Shown: piece after piece, positions 8,805 through 21,016 of the stretch
How positions within the stretch are numbered: the first letter of the stretch is position 1
How the letters are laid out: the number at the start of each line of letters is the position of its first letter
Program-made: the position numbers and the translations under genes
NCBI RefSeq assembly: GCF_003324675.1
Contig: NZ_CP030918.1
Coordinates: 3,150,001-3,182,000 of the forward strand
Source of the DNA: Paracoccus suum
Lineage (GTDB): Bacteria > Pseudomonadota > Alphaproteobacteria > Rhodobacterales > Rhodobacteraceae
Length of the DNA stretch: 32,000 bases
Direction of reading: 5' to 3'
The notes under the pieces: model-generated
The model's database searches: none
What the model was told of the DNA's origin: nothing
Seen by the model: only the letters and a program-made list of their open reading frames with translations

Positions 8805-8834
8805 AGCCTAGGCGGGTTGCGGCGCGTGTTGCAA
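8805..8834 (-). promoter_or_regulatory. candidate promoter for the ABC importer operon
   Basis: On the - strand: TTGCAA (8834..8829), 18 nt spacer, TAGGCT (8810..8805), about 45 nt upstream of the TTG start. The -35 sits inside GTTGCAAC with a nearby repeated GCAAC. Motif match only. Confidence 0.2.
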
Positions 8835-8964
8835 CTGACTTTCGGCGCTGTCGGCGCGCAGACATGCGCTGTCCAAGGCGTAGATTGCCGCTTGGCGGGG
8901 GGCCTGCCTGCGGCGCGAACATCCAGCGTCCGTTTGCGACAATCTTGAGGCAGTAATGCGCCGG

Positions 8965-9750
8965 TCAGGCGTCCAGTTCGACCCAGACCGGGACGTGGTC
9001 GGACGGCTTTTCACCGCCGCGCACGGCGCGGTCGATGCCCGCATCGACCATCAGATCGGCGGCATGTGCGGAAAGCAGCAGGTGATCGATGCGGATACCG
9101 TTGTCACGCTCCCAGCTGAGGCGCTGGTAATCCCAGAAGGTAAATGGTCCCCGCGTTGCATGGGGATCGCGAATACGGATAGCGTCGGTCCAGCCCTGGT
9201 TGACGATCCGGCGGAATGCGGCGCGCGTCTGCGGCAGGAACAGCGCGTCATCGACCCAGTTCTCTGGCTTGGCGGCATCGCGCGGCTCTGGGATGACGTT
9301 GAAATCGCCCAGCAGGACAGTCGGCACCTCATAGGCGAGCATGGCCGCGGCGTGCAGGCGCAGACGCTCCATCCAGGCTAGCTTGTAGTCGTATTTCGGA
9401 CCCGGCGCCGGATTGCCGTTCGGCAGATAAATGCCACAGACATGGACCGCGGTCTTTCCGACGACGGTCGCCTCGATCAGACGGGCTTGCTCGTCGGTGT
9501 CATCGCCTGGCAGGCCCAGCGACAGGTCCTCGATCGGCAGGCGCGAGAGCATGGCAACGCCGTTGAATCCCTTCTGGCCATGGACCGCGACATGCCATCC
9601 CTTGTCTTCGTAAAAGGCGGTGGGAAAACCCTCGTCCTGCGTCTTGATCTCCTGCAGGACAGCCACGTCGGGCTGCGCGTCTTCCAGCCATGCGTCGAGG
9701 GCGTGGGTGCGGGCGCGCACGCCGTTGATGTTGAAGCTGGCGATCTTCAT
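8965..9750 (-). CDS. xthA: exodeoxyribonuclease III (ExoIII/APE family)
   Basis: 261 aa: [14 protein letters not shown]...VLQEIK...[11 protein letters not shown]. The ATG overlaps the aroA stop (ATGA). Confidence 0.9.
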   Translation of the reverse strand: MKIASFNINGVRARTHALDAWLEDAQPDVAVLQEIKTQDEGFPTAFYEDKGWHVAVHGQKGFNGVAMLSRLPIEDLSLGLPGDDTDEQARLIEATVVGKTAVHVCGIYLPNGNPAPGPKYDYKLAWMERLRLHAAAMLAYEVPTVLLGDFNVIPEPRDAAKPENWVDDALFLPQTRAAFRRIVNQGWTDAIRIRDPHATRGPFTFWDYQRLSWERDNGIRIDHLLLSAHAADLMVDAGIDRAVRGGEKPSDHVPVWVELDA

Positions 9751-11078
9751 GGCGTGATCTGCGCCCCGAGGCCGCGCATCAGCGGCAGGAAATCGGGAAA
9801 GCTGGTGGCGATCGGGCCGGCGTCGTCGACGGTGATCGGCGCCTCGGATGCGAGGCCGAGGATCAGGAAGCTCATGGCGATGCGATGGTCGAGGCGGGAG
9901 GCGACAGTCGCCCCGCCCGGCACGGCGGCCATGCCGTGGACAGTCAGGCTGTCCGGTGTTTCCTCGATTCGTACGCCGCAGGCCTCCAGCCCGCGGGCCA
10001 TGGCGTCGATCCGGTCACTTTCCTTGACGCGCAACTCGTGGATGCCGGGCATGTGGGTGCTGCCCACGGCTGTCGCGGCGAGCGCAGCGAGGATGGGATA
10101 TTCGTCGATCATGCTGGCGGCGCGGGCAGCCGGGACGGTAACCCCGCGCAGGCGCGATGCGCGCAGGGTCAGGTCGGCCACCGGCTCGCCCCCCTCCTCG
10201 CGATCATTCTCGAAGGTCAGGTCGGCGCCCATCTCGGTCAGGGTGGTGTAAAAGCCGTCCCGGGTCGGGTTGCGGCTGACCCCGGGGATGCGGATCTCCG
10301 ATCCCGGGACCAGCAGCGCGGCAGCAGCCGGAAAGGCGGCCGAGGACGGATCGCGGGGCACCGCCACGCGCTGCGGCCGCAGTTCCGGCCGGCCCGTCAG
10401 GGTTATGGTCACGCCATCGGGCCCCGCCTCGCTGGTGATTTCCGCCCCGAAGCCACGGAGCATGCGTTCAGTGTGATCGCGGGTCGGGACCGCCTCGATC
10501 ACCACGGTCTGGCCGGGTGCATTGAGGCCAGCCAGCAGCACCGCCGACTTGATCTGCGCGCTGGCGACGGGGGTGCGGTAGGTGACTGGCACGGGGTCGC
10601 CCGCGCCACGCAGCGTCAGCGGCAGGCGCACGCCATCGCGGGCCGTGACTTCAGCCCCGAAGAGTTGCAGCGGGTCGGTCACCCGCCCCATCGGCCGCGC
10701 CGACAACGAGGCATCGCCGGTGAAGGTCGCGCTGATCGGCGTCGTGGCCATGGCCCCCATGATCAGCCGCACGCCAGTGCCGGAGTTGCCACAGTCGATC
10801 ACGCCCGCGGGCTCGGCAAAGCCGCCAACGCCGACGCCATCTATCGCCCAATGCCCCTCGGCCAGCCGGGTCACGGTGGCGCCGAACGCACGCATCGCCG
10901 CGGCGGTATCCAGCACGTCCTGCCCTTCCAGCAGCCCCATCACCTCGGTCCGGCCGACCGAAAGCGCGCCCAGGATCAGGGCGCGGTGGCTCACGGACTT
11001 GTCGCCCGGCACCTGCGCCTCGCCATTCAACGGGCCGCTGCGGTGCGCGGTCAGGGGCTGGGGGGCGGCGTCATGCAT
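9747..11078 (-). CDS. aroA: 3-phosphoshikimate 1-carboxyvinyltransferase (EPSP synthase)
   Basis: [23 protein letters not shown] and the length are typical. ORF 9747..11093 trimmed to the ATG at 11078, which has GAGGAG about 8 nt upstream. Confidence 0.9.
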   Translation of the reverse strand: MHDAAPQPLTAHRSGPLNGEAQVPGDKSVSHRALILGALSVGRTEVMGLLEGQDVLDTAAAMRAFGATVTRLAEGHWAIDGVGVGGFAEPAGVIDCGNSGTGVRLIMGAMATTPISATFTGDASLSARPMGRVTDPLQLFGAEVTARDGVRLPLTLRGAGDPVPVTYRTPVASAQIKSAVLLAGLNAPGQTVVIEAVPTRDHTERMLRGFGAEITSEAGPDGVTITLTGRPELRPQRVAVPRDPSSAAFPAAAALLVPGSEIRIPGVSRNPTRDGFYTTLTEMGADLTFENDREEGGEPVADLTLRASRLRGVTVPAARAASMIDEYPILAALAATAVGSTHMPGIHELRVKESDRIDAMARGLEACGVRIEETPDSLTVHGMAAVPGGATVASRLDHRIAMSFLILGLASEAPITVDDAGPIATSFPDFLPLMRGLGAQITP

Positions 11079-11161
11079 CGGACTGCTCCTCACGGGCGGT
11101 AGCGGGTTGATAGCGCGGCGGCGGCACGGCTGCCACGGGCAATCTCGTCGCCCATCGCGCG

Positions 11162-11863
11162 CTAGCGGCGGAAGGTCACGTAATGGGGCGGTCGCCCCTC
11201 GCGCAGCGCCTTTTGCTCGTAGCGGGTCGAGGGCCAGTCATCCCAGGGCTGCGGTCCCTCATCGACCAGAACAAAGCCGGCCTGCGGCCCCTCCTCCACG
11301 GTCTGGCGCACATAATCCGGAATGTCGGTCGCGACCCGGAACTCGGCCCCCGGCTGCATCACGCGGAACAGCGGGCGCAGGTGATCTGCGGTCACGAAGC
11401 GCCGGCGGTGGTGGCGCGCCTTGGGCCAGGGATCGGGGTAATTCAGAAAGGCCCGCGCGATCGAGGCGTCCGGCAGCACGTCCATCAGATCGCGCGCATC
11501 GCCCGGATGAACCGAGACATTCTGGACCCCGGCCGCGCGAATCTTGCCCAGCAGCATGGCCACGCCATTGATGAACGGCTCGCAGCCGATGATGCCGATT
11601 TCGGGATAGCGGGCCGCCATGGCGACCATGTGCTCGCCACCGCCAAAGCCGACCTCCAACCAGATCTGGCGGTCATCGCCAAAGAGGGCGACCGGATCGA
11701 TCGGCGCGCGCTCCGGGTTCTCAGCGGCGGTGATGCCGTGCGGGCGCAGATTGCCGAGGTCCTCGGCCAGATAGCCCCGCTGCGATGGGCGCAGGGTCTT
11801 GCCGTGACGGCGGCCATAGAAGTTGCGGCGCGGCTCGGGCGGTGTGTCGGACGGATCGCTCAT
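11162..11863 (-). CDS. trmB: tRNA (guanine-N7)-methyltransferase
   Basis: [14 protein letters not shown]-binding motif and [18 protein letters not shown] motif. ORF 11162..11923 trimmed to the ATG at 11863 ([22 protein letters not shown]). Confidence 0.85.
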   Translation of the reverse strand: MSDPSDTPPEPRRNFYGRRHGKTLRPSQRGYLAEDLGNLRPHGITAAENPERAPIDPVALFGDDRQIWLEVGFGGGEHMVAMAARYPEIGIIGCEPFINGVAMLLGKIRAAGVQNVSVHPGDARDLMDVLPDASIARAFLNYPDPWPKARHHRRRFVTADHLRPLFRVMQPGAEFRVATDIPDYVRQTVEEGPQAGFVLVDEGPQPWDDWPSTRYEQKALREGRPPHYVTFRR

Positions 11864-11949
11864 GCCCCGCCCGATGCCGTGATCGGGCCGGGGGGTCAAG
11901 CGCGGCGGCCGCGCCTGACCCAAAAATCCCGCAAGGCCCCGGCCCCGCC

Positions 11950-13626
11950 CTATTCGGCGGCGAGGCGAGAGATGACGACCGTGACCTCGGGCTTCTTGCC
12001 GATCTCTTCCATGGTCACCTGGCGGGTGATCTTGCGAATCGCCTCTTCCAGTTTCGCGTCGTCGGCGATGGTGCGCGGGTCGGCGCGCTCGAGGAACTCG
12101 GCCAGTTCGGCCTCGATCTGCTGGTCCAGCGGCGCGCGGGTGCGGCCCTGCGCCGGCAGGCCCATGGTCTCGACCCAGGCGTCGGGCAGCGGGCGCTCGT
12201 CCTCGTCAATGATGACGTTGACCATCGCATGACCGTTCAGTGCCATGCGGATGCGGTCGCGCACCACGCCGTCCATCGCGCCGATCAGCACCGTTCCGTC
12301 CAGATAAACGCGCCCGGTATCTACCTGATCCACAACTCTCGGCGCGTCGCCGGTCAGGTCGACCATGGTGCCGTTGGTCACGACCATCGACTGTATGCCC
12401 TTGGCGCGGCCCAGCATCATGTGCTCGCGCAGATGCATGTGCTCGCCATGCATGGGAATCAGGATCTGCGGCTTCAGCAGGTCATGCACCGCCTCGAGGT
12501 CGGGCCGGTTGGCGTGGCCCGAGACATGGAAGGTACCGTCCTCGGCATCAAACAGGTTCACGCCTTTTTCCGACAGCCCGTTCATGATGCGGATGACCGG
12601 GCGCTCGTTCCCGGGAATCGTGCGGCTGCTGAAGAGGAAGCTGTCGCCTTCCTTCAGTTCAAGCCCCAGATAACGGCCGCGCGCCAGTTGCGCGGAGGCG
12701 GCGCGCCGCTCGCCCTGACTGCCGGTGACGATCAGCATCACCTGGCCTCGCGGCAGGTTCGCCGCCTGCTCGGGCGAGATGGTGTTGGGGAAGTTGGTCA
12801 GAATCCCGGTCTCGACCGCCGCCGTGATCATGCGGCGCATCGCCCGGCCCAGCAGGCAGACCTGCCGCCCCGCGGCGACACCGGCATCGGCCAAGGTTTT
12901 CAGGCGGGCGACGTTGCTGGCAAAGGTGGTCGCGACCACCATCTGTTTTTGCGCCATCACGAAATCCAGCAGCGGGTTCGCCAGAACTGCCTCGGACCGG
13001 CCCGGATTGGGCGAGAAGACGTTGGTCGAATCGCAGGTCAGAACCTTGATGCCCCGTCCCTCGCGCGCGATGTCGTGCCACAGGATCGGATCGAAGGCCT
13101 CGCCGACGATCGGGGTCCCGTCCAGCTTGAAGTCGCCCGAATGGACGATCCGGCCGGCCGGGCTGTCGATGACCAGCGCGGCGCTTTCCGGGATCGAGTG
13201 GCTGACGGGCACGAATTGGACCCGGAACGGCCCTGCCTCGATCACCGCCGGGCGCGCCGTGACGATCTTGAGCTGGTCCAGCGGCTGGCCATGTTCCTCC
13301 ATCTTCAAGCGGGCCAGGGCCCCGGTGAACTTGCGGCAATAGACCGGCACCTTGAGGCGGTTCCACATCAGGCCCAGCGCGCCGACATGATCCTCGTGGC
13401 CGTGGGTGATGAACACGGCCTCCAGCCGGTCGCGGTTCGCCTCCAGCCAGCGCAGGTCCGGCATGATGAGGTCGATCCCGGGCGAGCTGTCCATGTCGCC
13501 GAAGGTTACCCCCAGATCGACCAGGATCAGCCGTTCGCGCCCTGGCTGGCCATAGCCGTAGACATAGGCGTTCATGCCGATCTCGCCGGCGCCGCCGAGC
13601 GGCAGATAAATGAGGCGGTCAGCCAT
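11950..13626 (-). CDS. rnj: ribonuclease J (beta-CASP metallo-beta-lactamase)
   Basis: HGHEDHVGAL motif with RNase J length and layout. ORF 11950..13668 trimmed to the ATG at 13626 (MADRLIYLPLGGAGEIGMN), which overlaps the coaX stop by 8 nt. Confidence 0.9.
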   Translation of the reverse strand: MADRLIYLPLGGAGEIGMNAYVYGYGQPGRERLILVDLGVTFGDMDSSPGIDLIMPDLRWLEANRDRLEAVFITHGHEDHVGALGLMWNRLKVPVYCRKFTGALARLKMEEHGQPLDQLKIVTARPAVIEAGPFRVQFVPVSHSIPESAALVIDSPAGRIVHSGDFKLDGTPIVGEAFDPILWHDIAREGRGIKVLTCDSTNVFSPNPGRSEAVLANPLLDFVMAQKQMVVATTFASNVARLKTLADAGVAAGRQVCLLGRAMRRMITAAVETGILTNFPNTISPEQAANLPRGQVMLIVTGSQGERRAASAQLARGRYLGLELKEGDSFLFSSRTIPGNERPVIRIMNGLSEKGVNLFDAEDGTFHVSGHANRPDLEAVHDLLKPQILIPMHGEHMHLREHMMLGRAKGIQSMVVTNGTMVDLTGDAPRVVDQVDTGRVYLDGTVLIGAMDGVVRDRIRMALNGHAMVNVIIDEDERPLPDAWVETMGLPAQGRTRAPLDQQIEAELAEFLERADPRTIADDAKLEEAIRKITRQVTMEEIGKKPEVTVVISRLAAE

Positions 13627-14398
13627 CAGAATTTTCCTTATTGAAATCATGGATGAGGCGCAGACCATGCATGGTCAGGTCGTCCTCGATCGCGTCGAAC
13701 TGGTCAAAGCCCTGATCGAACAGCGGCGCAAGGCCGCCCGTCGCGATAACCTTCATCTCGCGGCCCCGTTCGTCGCGAATCTTGTCGACCACGCCGCTGA
13801 CGAGGCCGATGTAACCCCAGAAGATGCCGGACTGGATGCAGTTGACGGTGTTGGTGCCGATGACCTTCGGCGGCATGGTGACGTCGACATGCGGCAGCGA
13901 GGCCGCGCCCATGTGCAGCGCCTCGAGCGACAGGTTGACGCCGGGGGCGATTACCCCGCCGACATAGGCGCCGTCATCATCGGCCACGTCGAAGGTGGTT
14001 GCGGTGCCGAAATCGACGACGATCAGGTTGCCGCCATGGCGGTCGAAGGCGGCGGTGGTGTTGACGATCCGGTCCGGACCGACGATCACCCCGGGCTCGA
14101 CCCGCGGCTCGTGCGGCAGCAGGCAGTCGGGCTTGCCTACCACCAGCGGTCGGGTGTCGAAGTAGCGGTTGCAGAGCACACGCAGGTTGAAGACCACGCG
14201 TGGCGCAGTGGCGCTGATGATGCAGGCGTCAATGTTCAGGTCGAACTTCTGGATCGAGATCAGCGACTGCAGCCAGACGAAATATTCATCCGCAGTGCGC
14301 CGGTGATCGGTCGCGATGCGCCAATGCGCCCTGAACCTTGCGCCGTCCCAGATCGAGAACACGGTATTGGTGTTGCCGGTGTCGATGCACAGCAGCAT
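13619..14398 (-). CDS. coaX: type III pantothenate kinase
   Basis: 259 aa with MLLCIDTGNTNT N-terminus and ASKHA-fold motifs (VVDFGTATTFD, ATGG). Starts 4 nt after the birA stop. Confidence 0.9.
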   Translation of the reverse strand: MLLCIDTGNTNTVFSIWDGARFRAHWRIATDHRRTADEYFVWLQSLISIQKFDLNIDACIISATAPRVVFNLRVLCNRYFDTRPLVVGKPDCLLPHEPRVEPGVIVGPDRIVNTTAAFDRHGGNLIVVDFGTATTFDVADDDGAYVGGVIAPGVNLSLEALHMGAASLPHVDVTMPPKVIGTNTVNCIQSGIFWGYIGLVSGVVDKIRDERGREMKVIATGGLAPLFDQGFDQFDAIEDDLTMHGLRLIHDFNKENSDG

Positions 14399-14402
14399 GG
14401 CG

Positions 14403-15179
14403 TCAGCCCCCGAAATAGATGTCGGCCGCGGGAATCGCCTCGCGGCCCGCGGCAGTGGTCAGGATCAATGCCCCGCTGTCGTCTATCCCGTCAAAGCGGC
14501 CAGTGCGCGTCACGGCGCCTGTGCGCGCGGTGATCGCCTCGCCCAGCCGGGCCGCCCGGGCCAGCCATGCGGCGCGAATCGGGGCAAAGCCGTGGGCCTG
14601 CAGATCGGCAGCGCGGCGGGCAAAGGCGGGCGCCAGAAGGTCCAGAAACTCCTCAGGACTCAAGCGTTGACCGGTCTCGCCGGCGAGGCTGACGGGCGGC
14701 AGGGCGCCGTCCTCCAACGTGGTCGCGGGCGGGGCCTCCAGCAGGTTGACGCCGATGCCGATGACCAGCGTGACTGGCCCAGCGCCGGCACTTTCCAGCA
14801 GGATGCCGGCCAGCTTGCCCCCGTTCAGCAGAACGTCATTGGGCCATTTGACCGACAATCGCGCCATGGGACCGGCCGCCTGCGACAGCGCATCATGCAG
14901 GGCGAGCGCGGCGACAAAGGAATAGCGCGCCGCCTCGGCCGGCCCGCCACCGGGGCGCAGCAGCAGGCTGGCGGCAAAGTTTCCCTCGGGGTCGGCCCAT
15001 GCCCGGCCGCGGCGACCGCGACCTGCTGTCTGGCGGCGGGCCAGGACCCAAGCCGGGCCGGTGAGCCGGGCGGCGAGGCGCAGCGCCTCGGCATTGGTGC
15101 TGTCGACCTCGGCCAGGACGTGCCGGCCGGTGCCCTCGGGCCAGGGCGCAAGGCCCACCCCTGCCGCGGGGTCAGTCAA
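14403..15179 (-). CDS. birA: biotin--[acetyl-CoA-carboxylase] ligase (group I, no HTH domain)
   Basis: GRGRRGRAW biotinyl-AMP loop and VDSTNAEA motif. There is no ATG in the N-terminal region. Candidate starts are TTG 15233 (ORF maximum), TTG 15179 (overlaps the nuoN stop as TTGACTGA) and GTG 15158, so the start is uncertain. Confidence 0.8.
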   Translation of the reverse strand: MTDPAAGVGLAPWPEGTGRHVLAEVDSTNAEALRLAARLTGPAWVLARRQTAGRGRRGRAWADPEGNFAASLLLRPGGGPAEAARYSFVAALALHDALSQAAGPMARLSVKWPNDVLLNGGKLAGILLESAGAGPVTLVIGIGVNLLEAPPATTLEDGALPPVSLAGETGQRLSPEEFLDLLAPAFARRAADLQAHGFAPIRAAWLARAARLGEAITARTGAVTRTGRFDGIDDSGALILTTAAGREAIPAADIYFGG

Positions 15180-16668
15180 CGGGGGCGAGGCCGATGGCCA
15201 CCGGGTCGATCGACAGCGCAGGCGGAGGCGCAAAAGTGACCAGCGAATCCGCGGCCCGCGCAGCCGCCCGGTCGACGCCGAACAGCGAGACCGCGCCGAA
15301 CAGGATCACCGCCGCGCTCGCGCCCAGCAGCAGGGCCTGCCAGGTGCCCATGCGGGTGGTCGCCGGGTCGTTTTCCGAGCCGAAGTACATGTAGTAGACG
15401 ATGCGCAGGTAATAATACGCGCCGATGACCGAGGCGATCACGCCCAGCACCGCCAGCCAGCCCATGCCGGCCTGCAGCGCCGCGCTGAGCACGCCAAACT
15501 TCGCGAAAAAACCCAGCATCGGCGGCACGCCAGCCATGCTGAACATCAGTACCAGCACCGCCAGCGCCTGGAAAGGCTCGTCCCGCGCAAAGAGATTCAG
15601 GCTGGCGATGTCGGTAACCGGCCGGCCGTCCCGCTCGAGCGAGAGGATGAAGGCGAACGTGCCGACGTTCATCGCTGCATAGATCGCCATGTAAAGCAGC
15701 ATGGACTGCACGCCATCGGCGGTGCCGGCGGCGAGTCCAATCATGGCAAAGCCCATATGGGCGATCGAGGAATAGGCCATCAGCCGCTTCAGGTCACGCT
15801 GGCCGATGCCGGCAAAGCTGCCCAGGAACATCGACAGCACGGCGAGCATCGCGACGATCTGGCCCCAGTCCGCCGGCACGGCGCCAAAGGCGCCGAACAG
15901 CAGCCGGGCGATCAGCGCCATGGCGGCAACCTTGGGCGCGGTGGCGAAAAGCGCAGTCACCGGGGTCGGCGCGCCCTCGTAGACATCGGGCGTCCACATG
16001 TGGAACGGCGCGGCCGAGACCTTGAATGCGAGGCCCGAGATCAGGAACACCAGGCCGAACAACAGACCAACCGGCATGCTGCCATGCTGGACGACCTGCA
16101 TGATGCCGGCGAACTGGGTCGTGCCGGCAAAGCCGTAGACCAGCGAGGCACCATACAGCACCAAGCCAGAGCTGAGAGCGCCGAGGACAAAGTATTTCAG
16201 GCCCGCCTCGGACGAGCGCTCGCTGTCGCGGCGCATGGCAGCCAGGACGTAGAGCGACAGCGATTGCAGCTCGAGCCCCATGTAGAGCGTCAGCAGGTCC
16301 CCGGCCGAGATCATCAGCATCATGCCGATGACTGCCAGCGTCACGAGGATCGGAAACTCGAACCGCATCAGGCCGTAGCGGACCAGGTAATTCGCGCTCA
16401 TCGCCAGGACGGCCGCGGCAGACAGCAGCACCACGACCTTGGCAAAGCGGGCAAAGCCGTCATCGACGAACATGCCGTGGAAGGCGGGGTCATGCGGCAC
16501 GCGGCTGGCGGTGATGACCGCGGCGGCAATCAGCGCGGCGGTAGTGATCCACAGCACTGCCGGGGCCACCGCGTCCTTGCCGCCAAAGGCACCGAACATC
16601 AGCGCCAGCAGGGCGAAGCCTGCGAGGGCGGCCTCGGGCAGGATGGTGGCTAGATCGAGCGCAGTCAT
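15172..16668 (-). CDS. nuoN: NADH-quinone oxidoreductase subunit N
   Basis: 498 aa, polytopic antiporter-like subunit ([18 protein letters not shown]). In the nuoN position after nuoM. Confidence 0.92.
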   Translation of the reverse strand: MTALDLATILPEAALAGFALLALMFGAFGGKDAVAPAVLWITTAALIAAAVITASRVPHDPAFHGMFVDDGFARFAKVVVLLSAAAVLAMSANYLVRYGLMRFEFPILVTLAVIGMMLMISAGDLLTLYMGLELQSLSLYVLAAMRRDSERSSEAGLKYFVLGALSSGLVLYGASLVYGFAGTTQFAGIMQVVQHGSMPVGLLFGLVFLISGLAFKVSAAPFHMWTPDVYEGAPTPVTALFATAPKVAAMALIARLLFGAFGAVPADWGQIVAMLAVLSMFLGSFAGIGQRDLKRLMAYSSIAHMGFAMIGLAAGTADGVQSMLLYMAIYAAMNVGTFAFILSLERDGRPVTDIASLNLFARDEPFQALAVLVLMFSMAGVPPMLGFFAKFGVLSAALQAGMGWLAVLGVIASVIGAYYYLRIVYYMYFGSENDPATTRMGTWQALLLGASAAVILFGAVSLFGVDRAAARAADSLVTFAPPPALSIDPVAIGLAPVD

Positions 16669-16681
16669 CTCACCGCCCCTT

Positions 16682-18250
16682 TCAATGCGTGGCCGGGGCC
16701 GCGGCGGCCTCGGGTGCGGTGGTGGTGCCTACGGCAGCTTCGGCCGGCTGGCCGGCATGAACGTCGGCCAGCATGGCAGCGACCGACGGGCCGGTGATGT
16801 TGGTGATCACGCGCGGATAAAAGCCCAGCAACAGGGTCAGGGCGATCAGCGGAATGAACAGGAACTGCTCGCGCCTGTCCATGTCCATGATGGTGCGCAG
16901 CCCCTCCTTGACCAGCGCGCCGAGGGTGACCCGCCGATACAGCCACAATGCATAGCCAGCCGACAAGATCACGCCGCTGGTCGCGACCAACGCCACCCAG
17001 GTGTTGACGCGGAAGGTGCCGAGCAGGGTCAGGAACTCGCCCACAAAGCCGGAGGTGCCCGGCAGGCCGACGTTGGCCATGGTGAAGAACATGAACACCA
17101 GCGCGTAGATCGGCATCCGGTTCGCAAGCCCGCCATAGGCCGAAATCTCGCGCGTGTGCATCCGGTCGTAGATCACGCCCACGATCAGGAACAGCGCCGC
17201 CGACACGAACCCGTGCGAGAGCATCTGGAACACGGCCCCGTCGACGCCCTGCTGATTGAAGGTGAAGATGCCCATGGTGACGTAGCCCATGTGCGCGACC
17301 GACGAATAGGCGATCAGCTTTTTCATGTCGGTCTGCACCAGCGCCACCAGCGAGGTGTAGACGATGGCAATCGCGCTCATCCACAGCACGATCGGCTGAA
17401 AGATGGCCGAGGCGTCCGGGAACATCGGCAGGCTGAAGCGCAAAAAGCCGTAGCCGCCCATCTTCAGCAGGACCGCAGCCAGCACGACCGAGCCTGCGGT
17501 CGGCGCCTGAACGTGCGCATCGGGCAGCCAGGTATGGACCGGCCACATCGGCATCTTGACCGCAAAGCTGGCAAAGAACGCCAGGAACAGCAGGGTCTGG
17601 GTGCCGCCGAGGATGGTCCAGCCCAAGGCGTGCAGCGGCTCGGACGGGAAATCGAAGCCGAGCAGCGTCGGGATGTCAGTCGTGCCCGCCATGCGGAACA
17701 TCGCGACCATTGCCACCAGCATCAGCACCGAGCCGAGGAAGGTATAGAGAAAGAACTTGAACGCCGCGTAGATCCGGTTGGCCCCGCCCCAGATGCCGAT
17801 GATCAGGAACATCGGGATCAGCCCGGCCTCGAAGAACAGGTAGAACAGCACCAGATCTAGCGCGGTGAACACGCCGATCATCAGCCCCTCCAGCACCAGG
17901 AAGGCGATCATGTAATCCTTGACGCGGGTCTGCACCTGCCAGGCCGACAGGATCACCAACGGCATCAGCAGCGTGGTCAGCATCACGAACAGGATCGAGA
18001 TGCCGTCTACGCCCATCTTGTAGCGCAGGCCATAGATCCATGGCCTATCCTCGACGAACTGAAAGGCGGTGTTGGCCGGATCGAACCCCAGCAGCACCAC
18101 CAGCGAGACGAGGAAGGTCGCAGTGGTCGCGATCAGCGCCAGCCATTTCGCGTTGCGACCGGCGCCCTCTTCGTCGCCGCGCAGGAAGACGGCAAGGATC
18201 AGCGCCGCCACGATCGGCAGGAAGGTGATGATGGACAGAAGGTTCGTCAT
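16682..18250 (-). CDS. nuoM: NADH-quinone oxidoreductase subunit M
   Basis: 522 aa, antiporter-like subunit ([30 protein letters not shown]). Ala/Pro/Thr-rich C-terminal tail. Confidence 0.92.
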   Translation of the reverse strand: MTNLLSIITFLPIVAALILAVFLRGDEEGAGRNAKWLALIATTATFLVSLVVLLGFDPANTAFQFVEDRPWIYGLRYKMGVDGISILFVMLTTLLMPLVILSAWQVQTRVKDYMIAFLVLEGLMIGVFTALDLVLFYLFFEAGLIPMFLIIGIWGGANRIYAAFKFFLYTFLGSVLMLVAMVAMFRMAGTTDIPTLLGFDFPSEPLHALGWTILGGTQTLLFLAFFASFAVKMPMWPVHTWLPDAHVQAPTAGSVVLAAVLLKMGGYGFLRFSLPMFPDASAIFQPIVLWMSAIAIVYTSLVALVQTDMKKLIAYSSVAHMGYVTMGIFTFNQQGVDGAVFQMLSHGFVSAALFLIVGVIYDRMHTREISAYGGLANRMPIYALVFMFFTMANVGLPGTSGFVGEFLTLLGTFRVNTWVALVATSGVILSAGYALWLYRRVTLGALVKEGLRTIMDMDRREQFLFIPLIALTLLLGFYPRVITNITGPSVAAMLADVHAGQPAEAAVGTTTAPEAAAAPATH

Positions 18251-18251
18251 C

Positions 18252-20540
18252 TTACTGCGCGCCTCGCATCGTCACCCAGAGAAGCAGGGCGACGAGGCCC
18301 AGAACCATGGCGAGGCCATAGTGGAAGATATAGCCGGACTGCAACCGCTGCGCGCCGCGGGTCAGCCGCGGGACCAATCCCATCGCCACACCATTGATCG
18401 CGCCGTCGATCACACGGCCATCGCCGCCGCGCCACAGGCTGCCACCCAGCCAGGCCGCCGTGCGCACGAACACCGCGTTGTAGAGTTCGTCGAAGTACCA
18501 CTTGTTCAACAGGAATTGGTAGAGCGGGCGGACAGTGCCCGCGACGCGCCCGGGGGCTGCGGGATCGCGGATATACATCACCCATGCCAGAACCAGGCCG
18601 ATCAGCATGGCGATGAAGGGCGAGACCTTGACCCAGGCCGGGCTGTGATGCGCCTCGTCCAGCACATGGCTGTCAGGGTGCATGTAGATCGCGCCGCCCA
18701 CCGGCGCGGGGACGTGGGTGTTGACGGTGACGGCACCGACCTCGGGGGTGGGCTCAACCGCCTCTGTGGCGGCTGGCTCGGAGGCAGCGGGCTGCGCGGC
18801 GGGGCCAGCGGCAGCGGTCTCGGTGGTTGCCGCGACGGCGCTATCGGCCGCGGCCGGCTGCTCGGCGGGTGCGGCCGTGACCTCGGCGGCGGGCGCTGTG
18901 TGCTCCGCCGATGCTTCGGCATGGGGCATGTTGAAATAGGCTGCCACCTTTTCATGGCTGCCAAAGAACGGACCGTACCAGACCATCCCCGCCAGGATCG
19001 CACCGATCGACAGCGCGATCAGCGGGACGGTCATCACAGCCGGGCTCTCATGCGCATGATCGTAGGCATGCAGGCCGCCGTGATCGTCATGCTCGGCATG
19101 CGTCGCATGGCCGGTGCTGGAGGGCTGGACCTCTTCCTCGGTTTTGATCCCGGCGTCCCAGACCCGCTGCGGGCGACGCGCGCCAAAGAAGGTCAGGAAC
19201 ATCAGGCGCCAGGAATAGAAGCTGGTGAACAGCGCCGAGATGACCAGCAGCCAGAAGGCATATGCCGACCCCGAGGCAAAGGCGCTCTCGATGATCGCGT
19301 CCTTGGACAGGAAGCCGGCAAAGCCTATGGTTGTCAGCGGGATGCCGACGCCGGTGATCGCGAGCGTGCCGATCAGCATCGCCCAGAAGGTCACCGGGAT
19401 CTTGTGCCGCAGCCCGCCATAGTTCCGCATGTCCTGCTCGTGGTGCATGGCATGGATGACCGAGCCGGCGCCAAGAAACAGCAGCGCCTTGAAGAAGGCG
19501 TGGGTCAGCAGGTGGAACATCGCCGCCGAATAGACGCCCGCGCCGGCAGCCACGAACATGTAGCCGAGCTGCGAGCAGGTCGAATAGGCAATCACGCGCT
19601 TGATGTCGTTCTGGACGAGGCCGACGGTCGCCGCAAAGAACGCGGTCGAGGCGCCGATGATCAGCACGAACTGCTTGGCCTCGGGCGCGAATTCGTAAAG
19701 CGGCGACATGCGGCAGACGAGGAACACGCCCGCCGTCACCATGGTCGCGGCATGGATCAGGGCCGAGACGGGCGTTGGACCTTCCATCGCGTCGGGCAAC
19801 CAAGTGTGCAGCCCCAGTTGGGCCGATTTGCCCATTGCGCCGATGAACAGAAGCACCCCGAGCAGATTCGCCGCGTTCCAGTCGCGCCACAGGAAATGCA
19901 GCTGCGTATCGGCGATCTGCGGTACCTGCGCGAAGATCTCGTCAAAGCGGACGGTGCCGGTCAGCCAGTATATGCCAAAGATCCCCAGCAGAAAGCCGAA
20001 GTCACCGACCCGGTTGACCACGAAGGCCTTGATGGCGGCCGCGTTGGCCGAGGGCTTGCGATAGTAAAAGCCGATCAGCAGGTACGAGGCGACGCCCACC
20101 CCTTCCCAGCCAAAGAACAGCTGCAGCAGGTTGTCGGCCGTCACCAGCATCAGCATGGCGAAGGTGAAGAAGGACAGATAGGCGAAGAAGCGGGCCTTGT
20201 AGTGCTCGCCCTCGGTCCAGTTGTCGTCATGGGCCATGTAGCCCATCGAATAGAGGTGAACGAGCGCGCTGACCGTGGTCACGACAATCAGCATGATGAC
20301 CGTCAGGCGGTCCACGCGGATCGACCATTCCGAGACGAAATCGCCCGAGGCGATCCAGTCGAACATCGGGATGTGCCGGGTCACGCCATCAAAGCTGAGG
20401 AACACGTACCAAGCCATCGCGGCGCAGGCGAACAGCACCGCGGTGGTCAGCACCTGCGCCGCCTTCTCACCGATCACGCGCCAGCCAAAGCCTGAGATCA
20501 GGGCCGCGACGAACGGCGCGAGGAGGATGAATTTTTCCAT
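18252..20540 (-). CDS. nuoL: NADH-quinone oxidoreductase subunit L (extended, 762 aa)
   Basis: [15 protein letters not shown] and [24 protein letters not shown] motifs. C-terminal amphipathic segment plus a final TM, as in NuoL/ND5. Contains His-rich and Ala/Pro/Glu/Thr-rich insertions. Confidence 0.92.
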   Translation of the reverse strand: MEKFILLAPFVAALISGFGWRVIGEKAAQVLTTAVLFACAAMAWYVFLSFDGVTRHIPMFDWIASGDFVSEWSIRVDRLTVIMLIVVTTVSALVHLYSMGYMAHDDNWTEGEHYKARFFAYLSFFTFAMLMLVTADNLLQLFFGWEGVGVASYLLIGFYYRKPSANAAAIKAFVVNRVGDFGFLLGIFGIYWLTGTVRFDEIFAQVPQIADTQLHFLWRDWNAANLLGVLLFIGAMGKSAQLGLHTWLPDAMEGPTPVSALIHAATMVTAGVFLVCRMSPLYEFAPEAKQFVLIIGASTAFFAATVGLVQNDIKRVIAYSTCSQLGYMFVAAGAGVYSAAMFHLLTHAFFKALLFLGAGSVIHAMHHEQDMRNYGGLRHKIPVTFWAMLIGTLAITGVGIPLTTIGFAGFLSKDAIIESAFASGSAYAFWLLVISALFTSFYSWRLMFLTFFGARRPQRVWDAGIKTEEEVQPSSTGHATHAEHDDHGGLHAYDHAHESPAVMTVPLIALSIGAILAGMVWYGPFFGSHEKVAAYFNMPHAEASAEHTAPAAEVTAAPAEQPAAADSAVAATTETAAAGPAAQPAASEPAATEAVEPTPEVGAVTVNTHVPAPVGGAIYMHPDSHVLDEAHHSPAWVKVSPFIAMLIGLVLAWVMYIRDPAAPGRVAGTVRPLYQFLLNKWYFDELYNAVFVRTAAWLGGSLWRGGDGRVIDGAINGVAMGLVPRLTRGAQRLQSGYIFHYGLAMVLGLVALLLWVTMRGAQ

Positions 20541-20544
20541 GACC

Positions 20545-20916
<372 letters not shown>

Positions 20917-21016
20917 TCAGTTCACGTCGTTCGGCGGTAGCAGCTATCCGGTAACGCCCCGCCTTGCGCGCGGGCGGTTGCCCGACGGGCGGCTGGTGCC
21001 ATGATCGCAGCCGACA

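Noticed and set aside
8808-9044. 78-aa - strand ORF spanning the xthA 3' end and the ABC promoter region, together with the small ORFs over the tRNA (1578..1772, 1676..1942).
   Set aside because: These overlap a well-supported gene or a tRNA. They have low-complexity Arg/Ser/Ala-rich translations and no SD.
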